64,000 bases of DNA from Klebsiella phage KpCHEMY26. A program made the translations under genes and the position numbers. The stretch is taken from the sequence record MN163281.1; one strand, given 5' to 3'. The notes beneath the pieces are model-generated. The model did no database searches, was not told the origin of the DNA, and was given only the letters and a program-made list of their open reading frames with translations. Below, piece by piece: positions 16,218 to 26,794 of the stretch (positions within the stretch are counted from its first letter, which is position 1; the number at the start of each line of letters is the position of its first letter).

Positions 16218-18338
16218 ATGGCTAAAGATGAATTACCAACAGTTGACCCAGCACAGTCTGCCAACTTAACTGATTGGAAAAATGAACCTAATGTAACTGA
16301 CCTGAAGTCAGATTACGATTCTGCATCTAGCGCTCATAGTGCTCAGATGAGCAAGATTACTGCTTGGCTAGATAACCTGAATGTTACTGGCCCTGCTAAA
16401 CCTAAAAAGTTACCAGGCAGGTCTTCAGTACAGCCGATGCTTATTCGTAAGCAAGCTGAATGGAGATACTCAGCTCTTACTGAACCATTCCTGAGTACAG
16501 ATGAATTATTCTCTGTATCTCCAGTTACATGGGAAGACAGACAAGCTGCTATTCAGAACCAGTTAGTACTTAATTATCAGTTCAATATTAAAATTGATAA
16601 GGTACGTTTCATTGATGATTATGTTCGTACTGCTGTTAATGAAGGTACTGTGATTGTTCGTGTTGGCTGGCGTGAACAAACTCAAAAGATTAAAGAGACT
16701 GTTCCTGTATACGCATACTACCCAGCACAGACTCCTGACCAAGTAGCTGCTATTCAGGAAGCTCTTCAGTTAAAGCTGGAGAACCCTAATGCATACCACA
16801 ACCTACCAGATGACATTATTGCCTCTGTAGATTATTCCTATGAAAACCGTGGTGCATATGTAGCTAAACAGGAAGGTACTCAAGAGGTTGAGTATGACAA
16901 GATTATTGTTAACCAGCCTACTGCTGAAGTAGTTAACTCACAGAACGTAGTAATTGACCCAACTTGTAATGGTGATATCAAACAAGCTCAGTTTGTTATT
17001 TATAGTTTTGAGACTTCTAAGTCGGATTTAGAGAAAGATGGTAGATATAAGAATCTGGATAAGATTTCTGCAAGTATGTCTAATCCTCTTAATACTCCTG
17101 ACCATATGACTGAAGACCAGTCTGGTTTCAACTTCAAAGATGAACCACGTAAGAAGTTTATTGCATATGAGTATTGGGGATATTGGGATATCAATGGTGA
17201 TGGTAAAACTGTGCCAATCGTAGCTACCTTTGTTGGTAATACGATGATTCGTCTTGAAGAGAATCCATTCCCGGATAAACAGATTCCATTTGTTATCGTT
17301 CCTTATCTGCCTGTTACTCGCTCTATCTACGGTGAGCCTGACGGTGCTTTACTGGAAGATAACCAGAAGATTATTGGAGCTACTACTCGTGCCATGATTG
17401 ATATTCTGGCTCGTAGTGCTAATGGTCAAACTGGTATTCGTAAAGACATGCTGGATGTGACTAACAGACGTAAGTTTGATAAGGGCGAAGACTATGAATT
17501 CAATGCAAACGTGGACCCAAGACAAGGTGTCTATATGCATACGTCTCCTGAGATTCCTCAGTCAGCGCCTCTGATGATTCAGTACCAGAACAATGAAGCT
17601 GAGTCTCTTACTGGTGTTAAATCATTCTCACAAGGTATTGCATCACAGGCTTTAGGTGATGTAGCTGCTGGCATTCGTGGAGCATTGGATGCTGCTTCTA
17701 AACGTGAATTAGGCATTCTTCGTAGATTGGCTCAGGGCATTGTAGATATTGGTTATAAGTTTGTATCTATGAATGCTGAGTTCTTATCTGAAGAAGAAGT
17801 TGTACGAATCACCAATGATGATTTCGTATCAGTTCGTAGAGATGAGTTGGCTGGAAACTTTGACCTTAAGTTAAGTATTTCTACTGCTGAGGCAGATAAT
17901 CAGAAGGCTCAAGAATTGGCATTCATGCTTCAGACTATGGGTAATAGCCTTCCATTTGAAATGTCTCAGATGGTACTGAGTGATATTGCTCGACTAAGAA
18001 ATATGCCTGACTTAGCTAAACGAATTGAGAAGTATCAGCCTCAACCAGACCCACTTGCACAACGCAAAGCTGAGCTGGAAATTGCATTATTAGAGGCTCA
18101 AATCGCAGAAACCCAATCTAAAGCGATTGAAAACAGAGCTTCAGCAGGGTATAAAGCTACACAAGCTGGAAACGTTCAGAGTGATACAGACCTTAAAAAT
18201 CTGGATTATGTTGAACAAGAGTCTGGTGTTAAACAGGCTCGTGATGTTGAACGTATTCAAGCTCAAGCTCAAAGCCAAACTCAAACCAAGATTGTGGACT
18301 ATATCCTCAAGACTGGTAAGCCACTTAGTGAAATCTAA
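16218..18338 (+). CDS. portal protein (706 aa)
   Basis: Size and position (N4 gp59-like) between the divergent lysis cassette and the scaffold/capsid genes; RBS GAGGGA upstream. Confidence 0.65.
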   Translation: MAKDELPTVDPAQSANLTDWKNEPNVTDLKSDYDSASSAHSAQMSKITAWLDNLNVTGPAKPKKLPGRSSVQPMLIRKQAEWRYSALTEPFLSTDELFSVSPVTWEDRQAAIQNQLVLNYQFNIKIDKVRFIDDYVRTAVNEGTVIVRVGWREQTQKIKETVPVYAYYPAQTPDQVAAIQEALQLKLENPNAYHNLPDDIIASVDYSYENRGAYVAKQEGTQEVEYDKIIVNQPTAEVVNSQNVVIDPTCNGDIKQAQFVIYSFETSKSDLEKDGRYKNLDKISASMSNPLNTPDHMTEDQSGFNFKDEPRKKFIAYEYWGYWDINGDGKTVPIVATFVGNTMIRLEENPFPDKQIPFVIVPYLPVTRSIYGEPDGALLEDNQKIIGATTRAMIDILARSANGQTGIRKDMLDVTNRRKFDKGEDYEFNANVDPRQGVYMHTSPEIPQSAPLMIQYQNNEAESLTGVKSFSQGIASQALGDVAAGIRGALDAASKRELGILRRLAQGIVDIGYKFVSMNAEFLSEEEVVRITNDDFVSVRRDELAGNFDLKLSISTAEADNQKAQELAFMLQTMGNSLPFEMSQMVLSDIARLRNMPDLAKRIEKYQPQPDPLAQRKAELEIALLEAQIAETQSKAIENRASAGYKATQAGNVQSDTDLKNLDYVEQESGVKQARDVERIQAQAQSQTQTKIVDYILKTGKPLSEI

Positions 18339-18347
18339 TATCTCATA

Positions 18348-18701
18348 ATGAGGACACACGACATGAGTCAAGTAGAACAAATTCGAATCACTATTGAACA
18401 GAAGAAAGAAATGATTGCTTTAGGTGATGCTCTTTCTCGCATCGTTAAGAATCGTGATTGGAAGAAACTGGTTGATACCGAGTTCTTCGAAAACGAACCT
18501 AAGCGACTTGTATCTCTTCTGGCTCACCCTGCAATGCAGGACGAGGCTTCCCAGACTGAAATTCGTAATCAGATGTTAGCCATTGCGTATTTCCGTCAGT
18601 TCTTGGCTCGCACGGAAATGTTTGCTGAACAGGCTCGTGGTTCTCTGCCTGCTGACCAAGCAACCGAAGTCGAGCTGTTAGAAGAAGACGTACAGGAGTA
18701 A
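18348..18701 (+). CDS. hypothetical head-assembly protein (117 aa)
   Basis: Tightly coupled between the portal and scaffold-like genes. Confidence 0.4.
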   Translation: MRTHDMSQVEQIRITIEQKKEMIALGDALSRIVKNRDWKKLVDTEFFENEPKRLVSLLAHPAMQDEASQTEIRNQMLAIAYFRQFLARTEMFAEQARGSLPADQATEVELLEEDVQE

Positions 18702-18707
18702 TAGCAT

Positions 18708-19820
18708 ATGGCTGGAAACAGTGTTGAACAATCTATTCTTAGTATGTCTGATGCTGATTTCCTAAATGCTCCGATGCCGACCTTTGAGTCGGCATCTTCA
18801 CATGAGCAAACGGAAACTCAGACTGAAAAGAAAGAAGAAGTAGAAGTTGAAACAACTACTACTCAAACTGAAAATACAGAAGATACTGAGACTGAAACTA
18901 CTGAAGAAGTTGATACTCCTACAGAGCAAGAAACTCAATCTACTGATACTCAGAAAGAAACAGAATCAACTGAACAAGAGAATAAATCTACTGAGGCTGA
19001 ACCTGAAGTAGCTGATGCTCAAGCTCAGTTGAATAAGTTGTTTGCTCCATTCAAAGCGAATGGTCGAGATATTAAAATCGACTCAGTTGATGAAGCTATT
19101 AAGCTAATGCAACAGGGAGCAAACTATAATAAAAAGATGGCAGCCTTGAAACCATCTTTAAAAGTTCTTAAGATGTTGGAAAATAATGGTCTGCTTGATG
19201 AGCAAAAGATTACTTATCTAATCGATTTAGATAAAAAGAATCCTGATGCTATCAGCAAACTCATTAAAGAGAGTGGTATTGACCCTCTCGATGTAAATAC
19301 ACAGGAAGAACCGAAGTACACACCTGGTAATTACTCAGTCTCGGATGCACAGGTTAATCTAGATACGGTGTTGGATAGCATTGAGCATACTCCAACATAC
19401 AATCGGACAATGACCGTCATTCTCGATGAATGGGATGATAACAGTAAACGTGCACTTGCAAATGAACCAAATCTTATTCCACTCATCAATGAGCATGTGG
19501 CAAATGGAATCTTTGACACAATCGCCTCTGAGATGATGAAGCAAAGAGCATTGGGGAATTTGAGTGGTCTTTCAGATTTACAGGCGTATGAAGCTATTGG
19601 TAAACAGCTCGCTGCTCAGGGCGCATTCAATAAGAAGCCAACCCAAGAGCCAGTAGAAGTTAAACCAAAAGTACCTACGCAAGATGATACTGAAAGGGCT
19701 GCAAAGCGTAAGGCTGCAAGTCCATCCAAACAGACTCAGGCAACTAAAGAGCCAGACTTAAATCCTCTGTCTATGTCTGATGAAGAGTTTGAGAAAGCGT
19801 TTAACTCTAAGTTTCGATAA
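18708..19820 (+). CDS. scaffolding-like protein with acidic Thr/Glu-rich low-complexity N-terminus (370 aa)
   Basis: TETE-type acidic repeats, helical C-terminus, immediately upstream of the major capsid gene. Confidence 0.5.
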   Translation: MAGNSVEQSILSMSDADFLNAPMPTFESASSHEQTETQTEKKEEVEVETTTTQTENTEDTETETTEEVDTPTEQETQSTDTQKETESTEQENKSTEAEPEVADAQAQLNKLFAPFKANGRDIKIDSVDEAIKLMQQGANYNKKMAALKPSLKVLKMLENNGLLDEQKITYLIDLDKKNPDAISKLIKESGIDPLDVNTQEEPKYTPGNYSVSDAQVNLDTVLDSIEHTPTYNRTMTVILDEWDDNSKRALANEPNLIPLINEHVANGIFDTIASEMMKQRALGNLSGLSDLQAYEAIGKQLAAQGAFNKKPTQEPVEVKPKVPTQDDTERAAKRKAASPSKQTQATKEPDLNPLSMSDEEFEKAFNSKFR

Positions 19821-19836
19821 TCGAGGGTGATTAACT

Positions 19837-21006
19837 ATGAAGTATGGTGCTCCTAATACTACGCCTTCTAGTGTTGGTCCACAGATTCGTCTGGACTACT
19901 ACTATAAGAAAGCGCTCGTTGATGCAGCTAAAGAAATGTACTTTGGTCAGTTGGCTGATGTAACCAACATGCCTAAGAATATGGGTAAAACCATTAAGCT
20001 GTATCACTACATCCCACTGCTGGATGACCGTAACGTCAACGACCAAGGTATTGATGCTGCTGGTGCCACTATTGCTAACGGTAACCTGTATGGTTCTAGC
20101 AAAGATATCGGTACCATCCCGGCTAAAATGCCAGCTCTGACTGAGAACGGTGGTCGTGTTAACCGTGTTGGTTTTACCCGTATTCAGCTGCAAGGCACTA
20201 TCAAGAAATTCGGTTTCTTCTATGAGTGGACTCAGGAAGCAATGGATTTCGATACTGATGAAGAGCTGGATATGCACCTGATTCAGGAAGCTGTTAAAAG
20301 TGCTAACGAAATCACTGAAGACCAGTTGCAGATTGACCTGCTAAATGGTGCTGGTGTTGTTCGTTATCCGGGTGCTGCTACCTCTAACGCAGATATGACT
20401 GGTGAAGGTACTGCTACTGTAGTTACCTATGACGGTCTGGTTAAGATGGGTATTACTCTGAATGACAACCTGTGTCCTATGCAGACCAAGCTGATTGCTG
20501 GTTCTCGCATGGTTGATACTCGTGTTATTCCTGGTGCTCGTGCTCTGTACATTGGTTCTGAACTGGAACTGATGCTGCGTAAGATGAAAGACCCGTTTGA
20601 CAATGCAGCTTTCATCCCGGTTCAGCAGTACGCTGATGCTGGTACTATCCTGCAAGGTGAGATTGGTTCTATCGCCTCTTTCCGCATCATCGTTGTTCCT
20701 AAGATGCTGAAATGGGCAGGTGCTGGTAAAGCAGTTACTACCAACCCAGGTTACTACGCTACTTCTGGCAAGTATGACGTATTCCCAATGCTGTGTGTTG
20801 GTTCTGGCTCCTTTACCACTATTGGTTTCCAGACAGATGGTAAAACTGTTAAGTTCGTTACCTACACCAAGAAACCAGGCATCGAGACTGCATCTTATGC
20901 AGACCCGTATGGCGAAATGGGCTTCACCTCAATCAAATGGTACTACGGTTCACTGATTCTGCGTCCTGAATGGATTGCATTGTTCAAGACTGTAGCTCAG
21001 ATGTAA
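19837..21006 (+). CDS. major capsid protein (389 aa)
   Basis: Size about 400 aa, strong RBS, optimal-codon-rich (CGT/CTG/GGT), followed by a strong terminator; N4 gp56 position. Confidence 0.7.
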   Translation: MKYGAPNTTPSSVGPQIRLDYYYKKALVDAAKEMYFGQLADVTNMPKNMGKTIKLYHYIPLLDDRNVNDQGIDAAGATIANGNLYGSSKDIGTIPAKMPALTENGGRVNRVGFTRIQLQGTIKKFGFFYEWTQEAMDFDTDEELDMHLIQEAVKSANEITEDQLQIDLLNGAGVVRYPGAATSNADMTGEGTATVVTYDGLVKMGITLNDNLCPMQTKLIAGSRMVDTRVIPGARALYIGSELELMLRKMKDPFDNAAFIPVQQYADAGTILQGEIGSIASFRIIVVPKMLKWAGAGKAVTTNPGYYATSGKYDVFPMLCVGSGSFTTIGFQTDGKTVKFVTYTKKPGIETASYADPYGEMGFTSIKWYYGSLILRPEWIALFKTVAQM

Positions 21007-21024
21007 TTGAGGTTTTGACTAAGA

Positions 21025-21050
21025 GAGTGGGGAAACCCACTCTTTTTTTA
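21025..21050 (+). terminator. rho-independent terminator after the capsid gene
   Basis: GAGTGGG-GAAA-CCCACTC followed by TTTTTTTA. Confidence 0.8.
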
Positions 21051-21119
21051 TCTAAAAAATACGATACACTTAGCTAGACCAAAACTGGTTCCACCCAGAG
21101 TCCTAAAAGGAAAACTTCT

Positions 21120-21674
21120 ATGTCTGAACTGAATGAATTAGATGTACTGAAACAGCGTGCTGACCAATTAGGTATTTCTTACCATCCTAATATCGGTGTG
21201 GATAAACTGCGTGAGAAAGTGAATGCAGTCTTAGAAGGTAAGAATGAAAATGTATCTGAGGAAGAAACTGTGACTGAAACCAAATCAACTACCAAGTCTG
21301 TTGCTCAACTCAGAGCTGAAGCTGCTGATGATGCTATGAAACTGGTTCGTATTCGTCTGACTTGTATGGACCCATCTAAGGCTGACTACCACGGTGAAAT
21401 TATTACTGTCGGTAATGATGTAGTTGGTAACGTTAAAGTGTTTGTTCCTTACCGTGAAGAATTCTATGAAAATGGTTATCACGTTCCGAACATCATTTAT
21501 AAGTTCTTACGTGACCGTGAATATGCTTCTGTCAAAACTATTAAAGGTCCTAAGGGAGATACCCAACAGACATTTCTGGCTAAAGCATACAGTATTGAAG
21601 TACTGCCTCAACTGACTGAAGCAGAGCTGGAAGCTCTTAAAGCTCAGCAGGCTGCCTCTAAATCTATTGATTAA
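21120..21674 (+). CDS. hypothetical virion protein (184 aa)
   Basis: ORF in structural block with capsid-like codon usage. Confidence 0.45.
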   Translation: MSELNELDVLKQRADQLGISYHPNIGVDKLREKVNAVLEGKNENVSEEETVTETKSTTKSVAQLRAEAADDAMKLVRIRLTCMDPSKADYHGEIITVGNDVVGNVKVFVPYREEFYENGYHVPNIIYKFLRDREYASVKTIKGPKGDTQQTFLAKAYSIEVLPQLTEAELEALKAQQAASKSID

Positions 21675-21685
21675 GGAGTAGAGCA

Positions 21686-22435
21686 ATGGCTGATTATGTT
21701 ATTCAACCCATTACCAACGAAGACCTAACTACTAAGGTCGTTGATGGTACAGGTATCTTTGATGAGTTAATGACAGCAGCCAATGCTCATCTTACCTATC
21801 AATGGGAACAAGACCGTATTACTGGCTCATCATATGCTGAAGTATATCTGGGCCAGTTAACGGCAGTATTAGGACAGGCTGTACTCTTCCTTACTGAAAG
21901 AGATAAGACGTACCTGAATAACCTTCTGGTACAGTCGCAAATTAAATTAGCAGATGCACAGGTAGCTTTGGCTGCTCAGGATTTACTGAACAAGCAGCAA
22001 GAATTACTGAATGCTCAGAAGCAGATGGAACTGATGGAACAGCAGATTCAATTAGCTGAGAAGCAAGTTGAACTGGCTGATAAAGAGCTTCTGGTTAAAG
22101 ACAAGGAAATGCAATTACTGGATAAACAGATTGCTGTTCAAGAAGCTACTGCTGATTTAACCAGACAGAAGATTAAAACTGAGATGGCTCAGATTGCTGA
22201 CTCTGTTGATGGTGTTGCTGTTACTGGTATTCTGGGTGCCCAGATTGCTCTGTATAAACAACAGAGAGATGGGTTCCTTCGAGATGCTGAGCAGAAAGCA
22301 CTTAAGATTGTGGCTGATACTTGGATTACTCGTAAGACAGTGGATGACGGAACTCCACTTCCAACAGGCTTTGATACAGCTGCTGTGGATGCCTTTACGA
22401 GAAAAGTCGCAGATGGGGTTCAGGTTAATTACTAA
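21686..22435 (+). CDS. coiled-coil virion protein (249 aa)
   Basis: Gln/Leu-rich heptads (LLNKQQELLNAQKQMELMEQQIQLAEKQVELADKELL); followed by a terminator. Confidence 0.45.
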   Translation: MADYVIQPITNEDLTTKVVDGTGIFDELMTAANAHLTYQWEQDRITGSSYAEVYLGQLTAVLGQAVLFLTERDKTYLNNLLVQSQIKLADAQVALAAQDLLNKQQELLNAQKQMELMEQQIQLAEKQVELADKELLVKDKEMQLLDKQIAVQEATADLTRQKIKTEMAQIADSVDGVAVTGILGAQIALYKQQRDGFLRDAEQKALKIVADTWITRKTVDDGTPLPTGFDTAAVDAFTRKVADGVQVNY

Positions 22436-22437
22436 GG

Positions 22438-22460
22438 AGAGGGGCTTCGGCCCCTTTTTA
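22438..22460 (+). terminator. rho-independent terminator
   Basis: GGGGC-TTCG-GCCCC followed by TTTTTA. Confidence 0.75.
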
Positions 22461-22464
22461 CTCT

Positions 22465-24795
22465 ATGGGATTATTTAGTCGTAAAAAGGTTATCTCGGTA
22501 GCTTCACAGACATTCAACTTATCTGGGGATAAAGAGCAAACCAACTTTCTTAGAAAGACTATTAACTCCGCTATCATGGCTGGGACAGATATTTCTGCCA
22601 CTATGCAAAATTCATATTTGAATGGCATGGGTATCAAGATTGACCAGACATATCGATACGCTAGAGATTACTCTCCTACAGGCTTACCTGAAGGACGTAT
22701 TGGCTATGGCACATTGAACCAAGAGGATTTGATGGATGTACTCTCATCCCTCAACTCCGGTAAACAAGTTGCCTTAGTCATGTCAGATTTCGGTACAGTA
22801 GACCTTGGTTATTGGACTGAGGATTACTTAACCAAAACCTATGATTGGGATGAAGACCACGGTGGATTTGGTAATCCTCCTCCAGGTGTTCCTACCAATG
22901 CTAATTATCAATACTCAATTGATAATAATGGTGTAGTCACTATTGAATATCTGGATGGAGAAACTGTAGTACATACAGAAACAGTTTCATTCCCGGATGT
23001 GAATCTAACTAGTGATTACTATCAGGTTATTTATCGTGTACGAGAAGCCGGTACCCCTACAACTACTGTAGATGAACGAGACTACCAGATTGGTGATGTG
23101 GATGATGAAGTAACTACCCATGATGTTAATAACAACTTTGGTGAGTATACCTACACGACTACTACAGTAAAAACTGAAGTAGATATACTGGCTCTCAAAA
23201 CCACTATCACAACTACTGTTACAGTGGATACCCTATCCCGTAAACAATACTTTATGTACGAAGCTGGCACAGGTACCTATCCTATTCTGGATGATATCCT
23301 CGATGATGATGTAGCTAGTAGCGACTACTATCCTATCGTTCCTCTGAGGGTATATAACAAGGATTGGTCCAATCCTGCCAATGTTCCGGCAGATGAATAC
23401 AAGGCCAATAAGAACATCCTGAGACGTATCGGGGTTAGTCTTACTGAACTTGGAGATAAGCTTAATGAAAACCCTGATGTAGGTGATATTGACCATGCAT
23501 TCTTTGTATTGGGTATCTCACTTAATTCGAAGTACCCATCGTCAATCTCATACCTGCATGAGTATTTTAAGTTTCTGGCTCAACATTCCCCTTCACAGAA
23601 GGAAGCCTATCTAACTTGGTACAACGATAACGTTGTTACTATTAATGGTGTTACAGGAAAGAATAGTCCTAAGCCTCCAGTAAATAAGCTAAAAATTACA
23701 CAAAAACCTTATGATGTAACCATCAGCTATCAGTATGCTTCATACATTGTGAAGACTGGTGTCATTGGTACAAAAGGAACTATTACCAGAGAGCTTGGTA
23801 CAGCAGCTGCTATCACTATCATTAATGAGTTTGACCAGTCTACTGAGTTAACTGCTGACGTATCTGTTATCTATTTCAGAAAACAGATTTCAGCTACTCA
23901 ATATGAAGAGATAGAGCTATGTGGTTTAGAACATATAAACAATGTTTATAAAGGTCACAATGTTTCTACCAGTGCTAAGAAGAGTTTAGAAAGTAGAGAT
24001 GGTAATGAAGCATTCCTCATTCCATTATGTCGTTCTGTTGTATTGGATATGAGTCTGGTAGACCGTACTCAAATGACATTCGACTGTTTGCACTTAGTAG
24101 CTAACTCCTATCAGGAGAAGAAACTTAAGTGGTATCAATCTGGATGGTTCAAAGTAATAGTTATTGTTATTGCCATCGTCGTATCTGTTATCTCATTAGG
24201 CTCATTAACGGCAGGTGCATCAGCAGCTGCTTCTGCTGCAACAGCAGCAGGTACATCCGCAGCAGCAGCAGTAGCTGTTTATTTAGGCACGCAAATTGCT
24301 ATTGGTGTAGTTGTGGCTGTAGCTGTGCAACAAGTCATTAAAAGAGTAGCACCAGAAATCGGTGTTATTATTGCTGTAGTTGCTTTGGCTTATGGTGTTT
24401 CATCTCAAGCAGGTGCTGGTGGTACTAAAGGATTACCTTACGCTTCAGAAGTATTACAATTAGTACCTGCGGTAACTAAAGGTGTTAACCAGAGGCTTCA
24501 AAGTGATTTGCAGGCGGTGATGAAAGAGATGAGAGTTCAACAGGAACTTTATGAAGATAGAATGGAACAGATTAAAGATGCAATGAATGCTCTTAATGGA
24601 AACCAAGATATCTCTATCGAGGATTTAACTCGTGGTGGATATCTGAATCTGTTTGAGACAGCTCAATCATTCTTTAATAGAACATTACTTCAGAATCCTG
24701 GTGCTCTTACTTTGAATACCATTCAGGATTTCGTTACCACACTGTTAGCATTACCTGATGACCTTACTAATGTTCCAGCTATGCCATTTAAATAA
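22465..24795 (+). CDS. large internal virion protein with a cluster of Ala/Gly-rich transmembrane helices (776 aa; N4 gp54 position)
   Basis: Long ORF; residues about 560-650 form several hydrophobic Ala/Gly/Val-rich segments (VIVIVIAIVVSVISLGSLTAGASAAASAATAAG...), consistent with an ejection or channel protein. Confidence 0.5.
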   Translation: MGLFSRKKVISVASQTFNLSGDKEQTNFLRKTINSAIMAGTDISATMQNSYLNGMGIKIDQTYRYARDYSPTGLPEGRIGYGTLNQEDLMDVLSSLNSGKQVALVMSDFGTVDLGYWTEDYLTKTYDWDEDHGGFGNPPPGVPTNANYQYSIDNNGVVTIEYLDGETVVHTETVSFPDVNLTSDYYQVIYRVREAGTPTTTVDERDYQIGDVDDEVTTHDVNNNFGEYTYTTTTVKTEVDILALKTTITTTVTVDTLSRKQYFMYEAGTGTYPILDDILDDDVASSDYYPIVPLRVYNKDWSNPANVPADEYKANKNILRRIGVSLTELGDKLNENPDVGDIDHAFFVLGISLNSKYPSSISYLHEYFKFLAQHSPSQKEAYLTWYNDNVVTINGVTGKNSPKPPVNKLKITQKPYDVTISYQYASYIVKTGVIGTKGTITRELGTAAAITIINEFDQSTELTADVSVIYFRKQISATQYEEIELCGLEHINNVYKGHNVSTSAKKSLESRDGNEAFLIPLCRSVVLDMSLVDRTQMTFDCLHLVANSYQEKKLKWYQSGWFKVIVIVIAIVVSVISLGSLTAGASAAASAATAAGTSAAAAVAVYLGTQIAIGVVVAVAVQQVIKRVAPEIGVIIAVVALAYGVSSQAGAGGTKGLPYASEVLQLVPAVTKGVNQRLQSDLQAVMKEMRVQQELYEDRMEQIKDAMNALNGNQDISIEDLTRGGYLNLFETAQSFFNRTLLQNPGALTLNTIQDFVTTLLALPDDLTNVPAMPFK

Positions 24796-24806
24796 TGAGG
24801 TGACAT

Positions 24807-25286
24807 ATGGCTTTTGATTTGAATTTTGGTGGTTATCAAACCAGCCAACTTCCATTATTTGACTCTGGGTATAATCCTACTCAGAGTTCAGTATTAGGTA
24901 CTAATCTATCCACCCCCATTACAGGTGGAACACCAGCAGCTAGTGGTTTAGGAAGTACATTTGCTTCTTGGCTTCCGTCTGAAGATACGATGCGTACTTT
25001 GTTTGGTGGTACTAATCCTGAGACAGGATTTCAATCAAGTGGAATTGTATCTCCATTGGCTCAAGGTTTAGGTGCATTGTTCCAAGGCTGGACAGGTATG
25101 CAGCAGTTAGATTTAGCTCGTGACCAGTTAAATTTCCAGAAGAATGCTTTTAACACTAACTTGCGAAATCAGACTCAAGCCTACAATACAGCACTTGAAG
25201 ACCGTATTAGAGGACGTACTTCTAACTATGATGGTAAAGAACAGGATGTTCAAAACTACCTGAACCAGAATCGTTTGAACTTCTAA
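24807..25286 (+). CDS. hypothetical virion protein (159 aa)
   Basis: ORF with RBS GAGGTGA, Gly/Thr/Ser-rich N-terminus. Confidence 0.4.
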   Translation: MAFDLNFGGYQTSQLPLFDSGYNPTQSSVLGTNLSTPITGGTPAASGLGSTFASWLPSEDTMRTLFGGTNPETGFQSSGIVSPLAQGLGALFQGWTGMQQLDLARDQLNFQKNAFNTNLRNQTQAYNTALEDRIRGRTSNYDGKEQDVQNYLNQNRLNF

Positions 25287-25295
25287 GAGGTAGAT

Positions 25296-26720
25296 ATGGC
25301 TCAGATTACTTGGAGAAATATTGATGCTCCTGACTTAACTGGAGTTGCAAGACTTCAGCAAGTTGGTGCTCAAGGTATCCGTGATGCCATCTCTGGCTTA
25401 CTTGGAACCTTTGACCAGCAGCGTCAATTAAGTAATTTAAATTTTGATACAGCACGTACTCAGAATACTGCTGCATTACAGAATGAGTTACTTAACTATC
25501 GTGACCCTAACCAGTTACAAGAGGCAATGCCTCAGTATGCTGCTGATGCCTTACGTCAAAGATTTGGTGCAGCATTAGACCAGAATGCTATTAACCAAAC
25601 TTTGGCTACTCGTCCGGGTCAGTTAAGACAGGATATGACTGGTCAAATCCAGTTAGACCAATTACAGAAAGAACAGGCTTCTCAACCTTATGAGAACCAA
25701 TTCTATTCTTTATTGGCTGCTAACCCTGCTCAGGCTGAAGCATTCCTTAAACAGAATGAAGCTAACTTTACAGACTCTCGTCAACTCTATGGTGACCTTA
25801 CTGCTCGTAGACAGCAGATTGAACAGCTTAGTTTACAGAGAGCGCAGCTTGCTGACGCTCGTGCTGCAAGGGCTGCTGCTAACTCTGAGAGAGCTGCTGC
25901 TGCAAAAGAGCGTGGTAACTTCCGTAGCTATGCTCAGGAATTAAACCAATGGGTTCTGGATAATCCAGATAAACCAATGGGCGCTAAAGCTGCTGAACTT
26001 CAGAAGAAATATGATATCAACCCGGTTACAGGTAATCAGGTTGCTACTGCTGTTGGTCAGAACATTCAGGCGTTAGGTGCTCCTACTCCTGAACAAGCTG
26101 CTGCATTAACTTCATTGACTAACCAGAATGCTCAGGCAGGTCAGCAGTTTAAACAGGATGCTACACAGGATGTACAAGCAGCATTCATTAGACAAGGTGT
26201 AGACCCTACTGTATTCGGTTTACAGGATGATACTAAGACTTCTGCCGATGATGTTATTAAGAGTCTCCAGTCACGTCTGAGTGACCCTAATGAAGTTATT
26301 GAAGCATATAGCCGAGTTAAAAAGGCATACCCTGGAGCTACTCCTAGTACCGTTGGTTACATTATTGAGAAGTCATTGTCTCCGGGTAGATGGGGTGGCT
26401 TTGCTGATGGGGTAACAGTATCGTTTGGAGATGTTGAAGACATTGCTAAACAAACAAGACAAACAGCTAACAATGCTGCTGCACGTCAAGCCTATATCGA
26501 TGCTCTACGTTTAGTTGAATCATCAGGAGATTCCTTAGTTAAGGAAGCAAACGCCCCTTTGATTCAGTATCAACGCTCACTGCCTAAAGCTAATATTACT
26601 GGTGAGGCTCTCCCTAAATTAACTCCAGTAGTGCCGGACTATACCGGTAAACGAAAAGAGTTAACTAAGTTCTTGGATGAACGATTAGGTGACCCGAAAT
26701 TCAATAGTAATACTCGTTAA
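25296..26720 (+). CDS. Gln/Ala-rich virion protein (474 aa)
   Basis: Long ORF with low-complexity Q/A-rich stretches; followed by a terminator and then the vRNAP gene. Confidence 0.45.
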   Translation: MAQITWRNIDAPDLTGVARLQQVGAQGIRDAISGLLGTFDQQRQLSNLNFDTARTQNTAALQNELLNYRDPNQLQEAMPQYAADALRQRFGAALDQNAINQTLATRPGQLRQDMTGQIQLDQLQKEQASQPYENQFYSLLAANPAQAEAFLKQNEANFTDSRQLYGDLTARRQQIEQLSLQRAQLADARAARAAANSERAAAAKERGNFRSYAQELNQWVLDNPDKPMGAKAAELQKKYDINPVTGNQVATAVGQNIQALGAPTPEQAAALTSLTNQNAQAGQQFKQDATQDVQAAFIRQGVDPTVFGLQDDTKTSADDVIKSLQSRLSDPNEVIEAYSRVKKAYPGATPSTVGYIIEKSLSPGRWGGFADGVTVSFGDVEDIAKQTRQTANNAAARQAYIDALRLVESSGDSLVKEANAPLIQYQRSLPKANITGEALPKLTPVVPDYTGKRKELTKFLDERLGDPKFNSNTR

Positions 26721-26728
26721 GTACAAAA

Positions 26729-26756
26729 ATCCCTCCTAGTGAGGGATTTCTTTTAG
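26729..26756 (+). terminator. rho-independent terminator
   Basis: ATCCCTC-CTAGT-GAGGGAT followed by TTCTTTTAG. Confidence 0.75.
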
Positions 26757-26794
26757 TACACTTCTATCAGTTAATTCCCTTCTGAGGATTCCTA

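Noticed and set aside
19831-20655. Minus-strand ORFs 19831-20277, 20341-20655, 20427-20615
   Set aside because: Antisense to the major capsid gene, which has strong codon bias and RBS. No RBS, and the products are low complexity.
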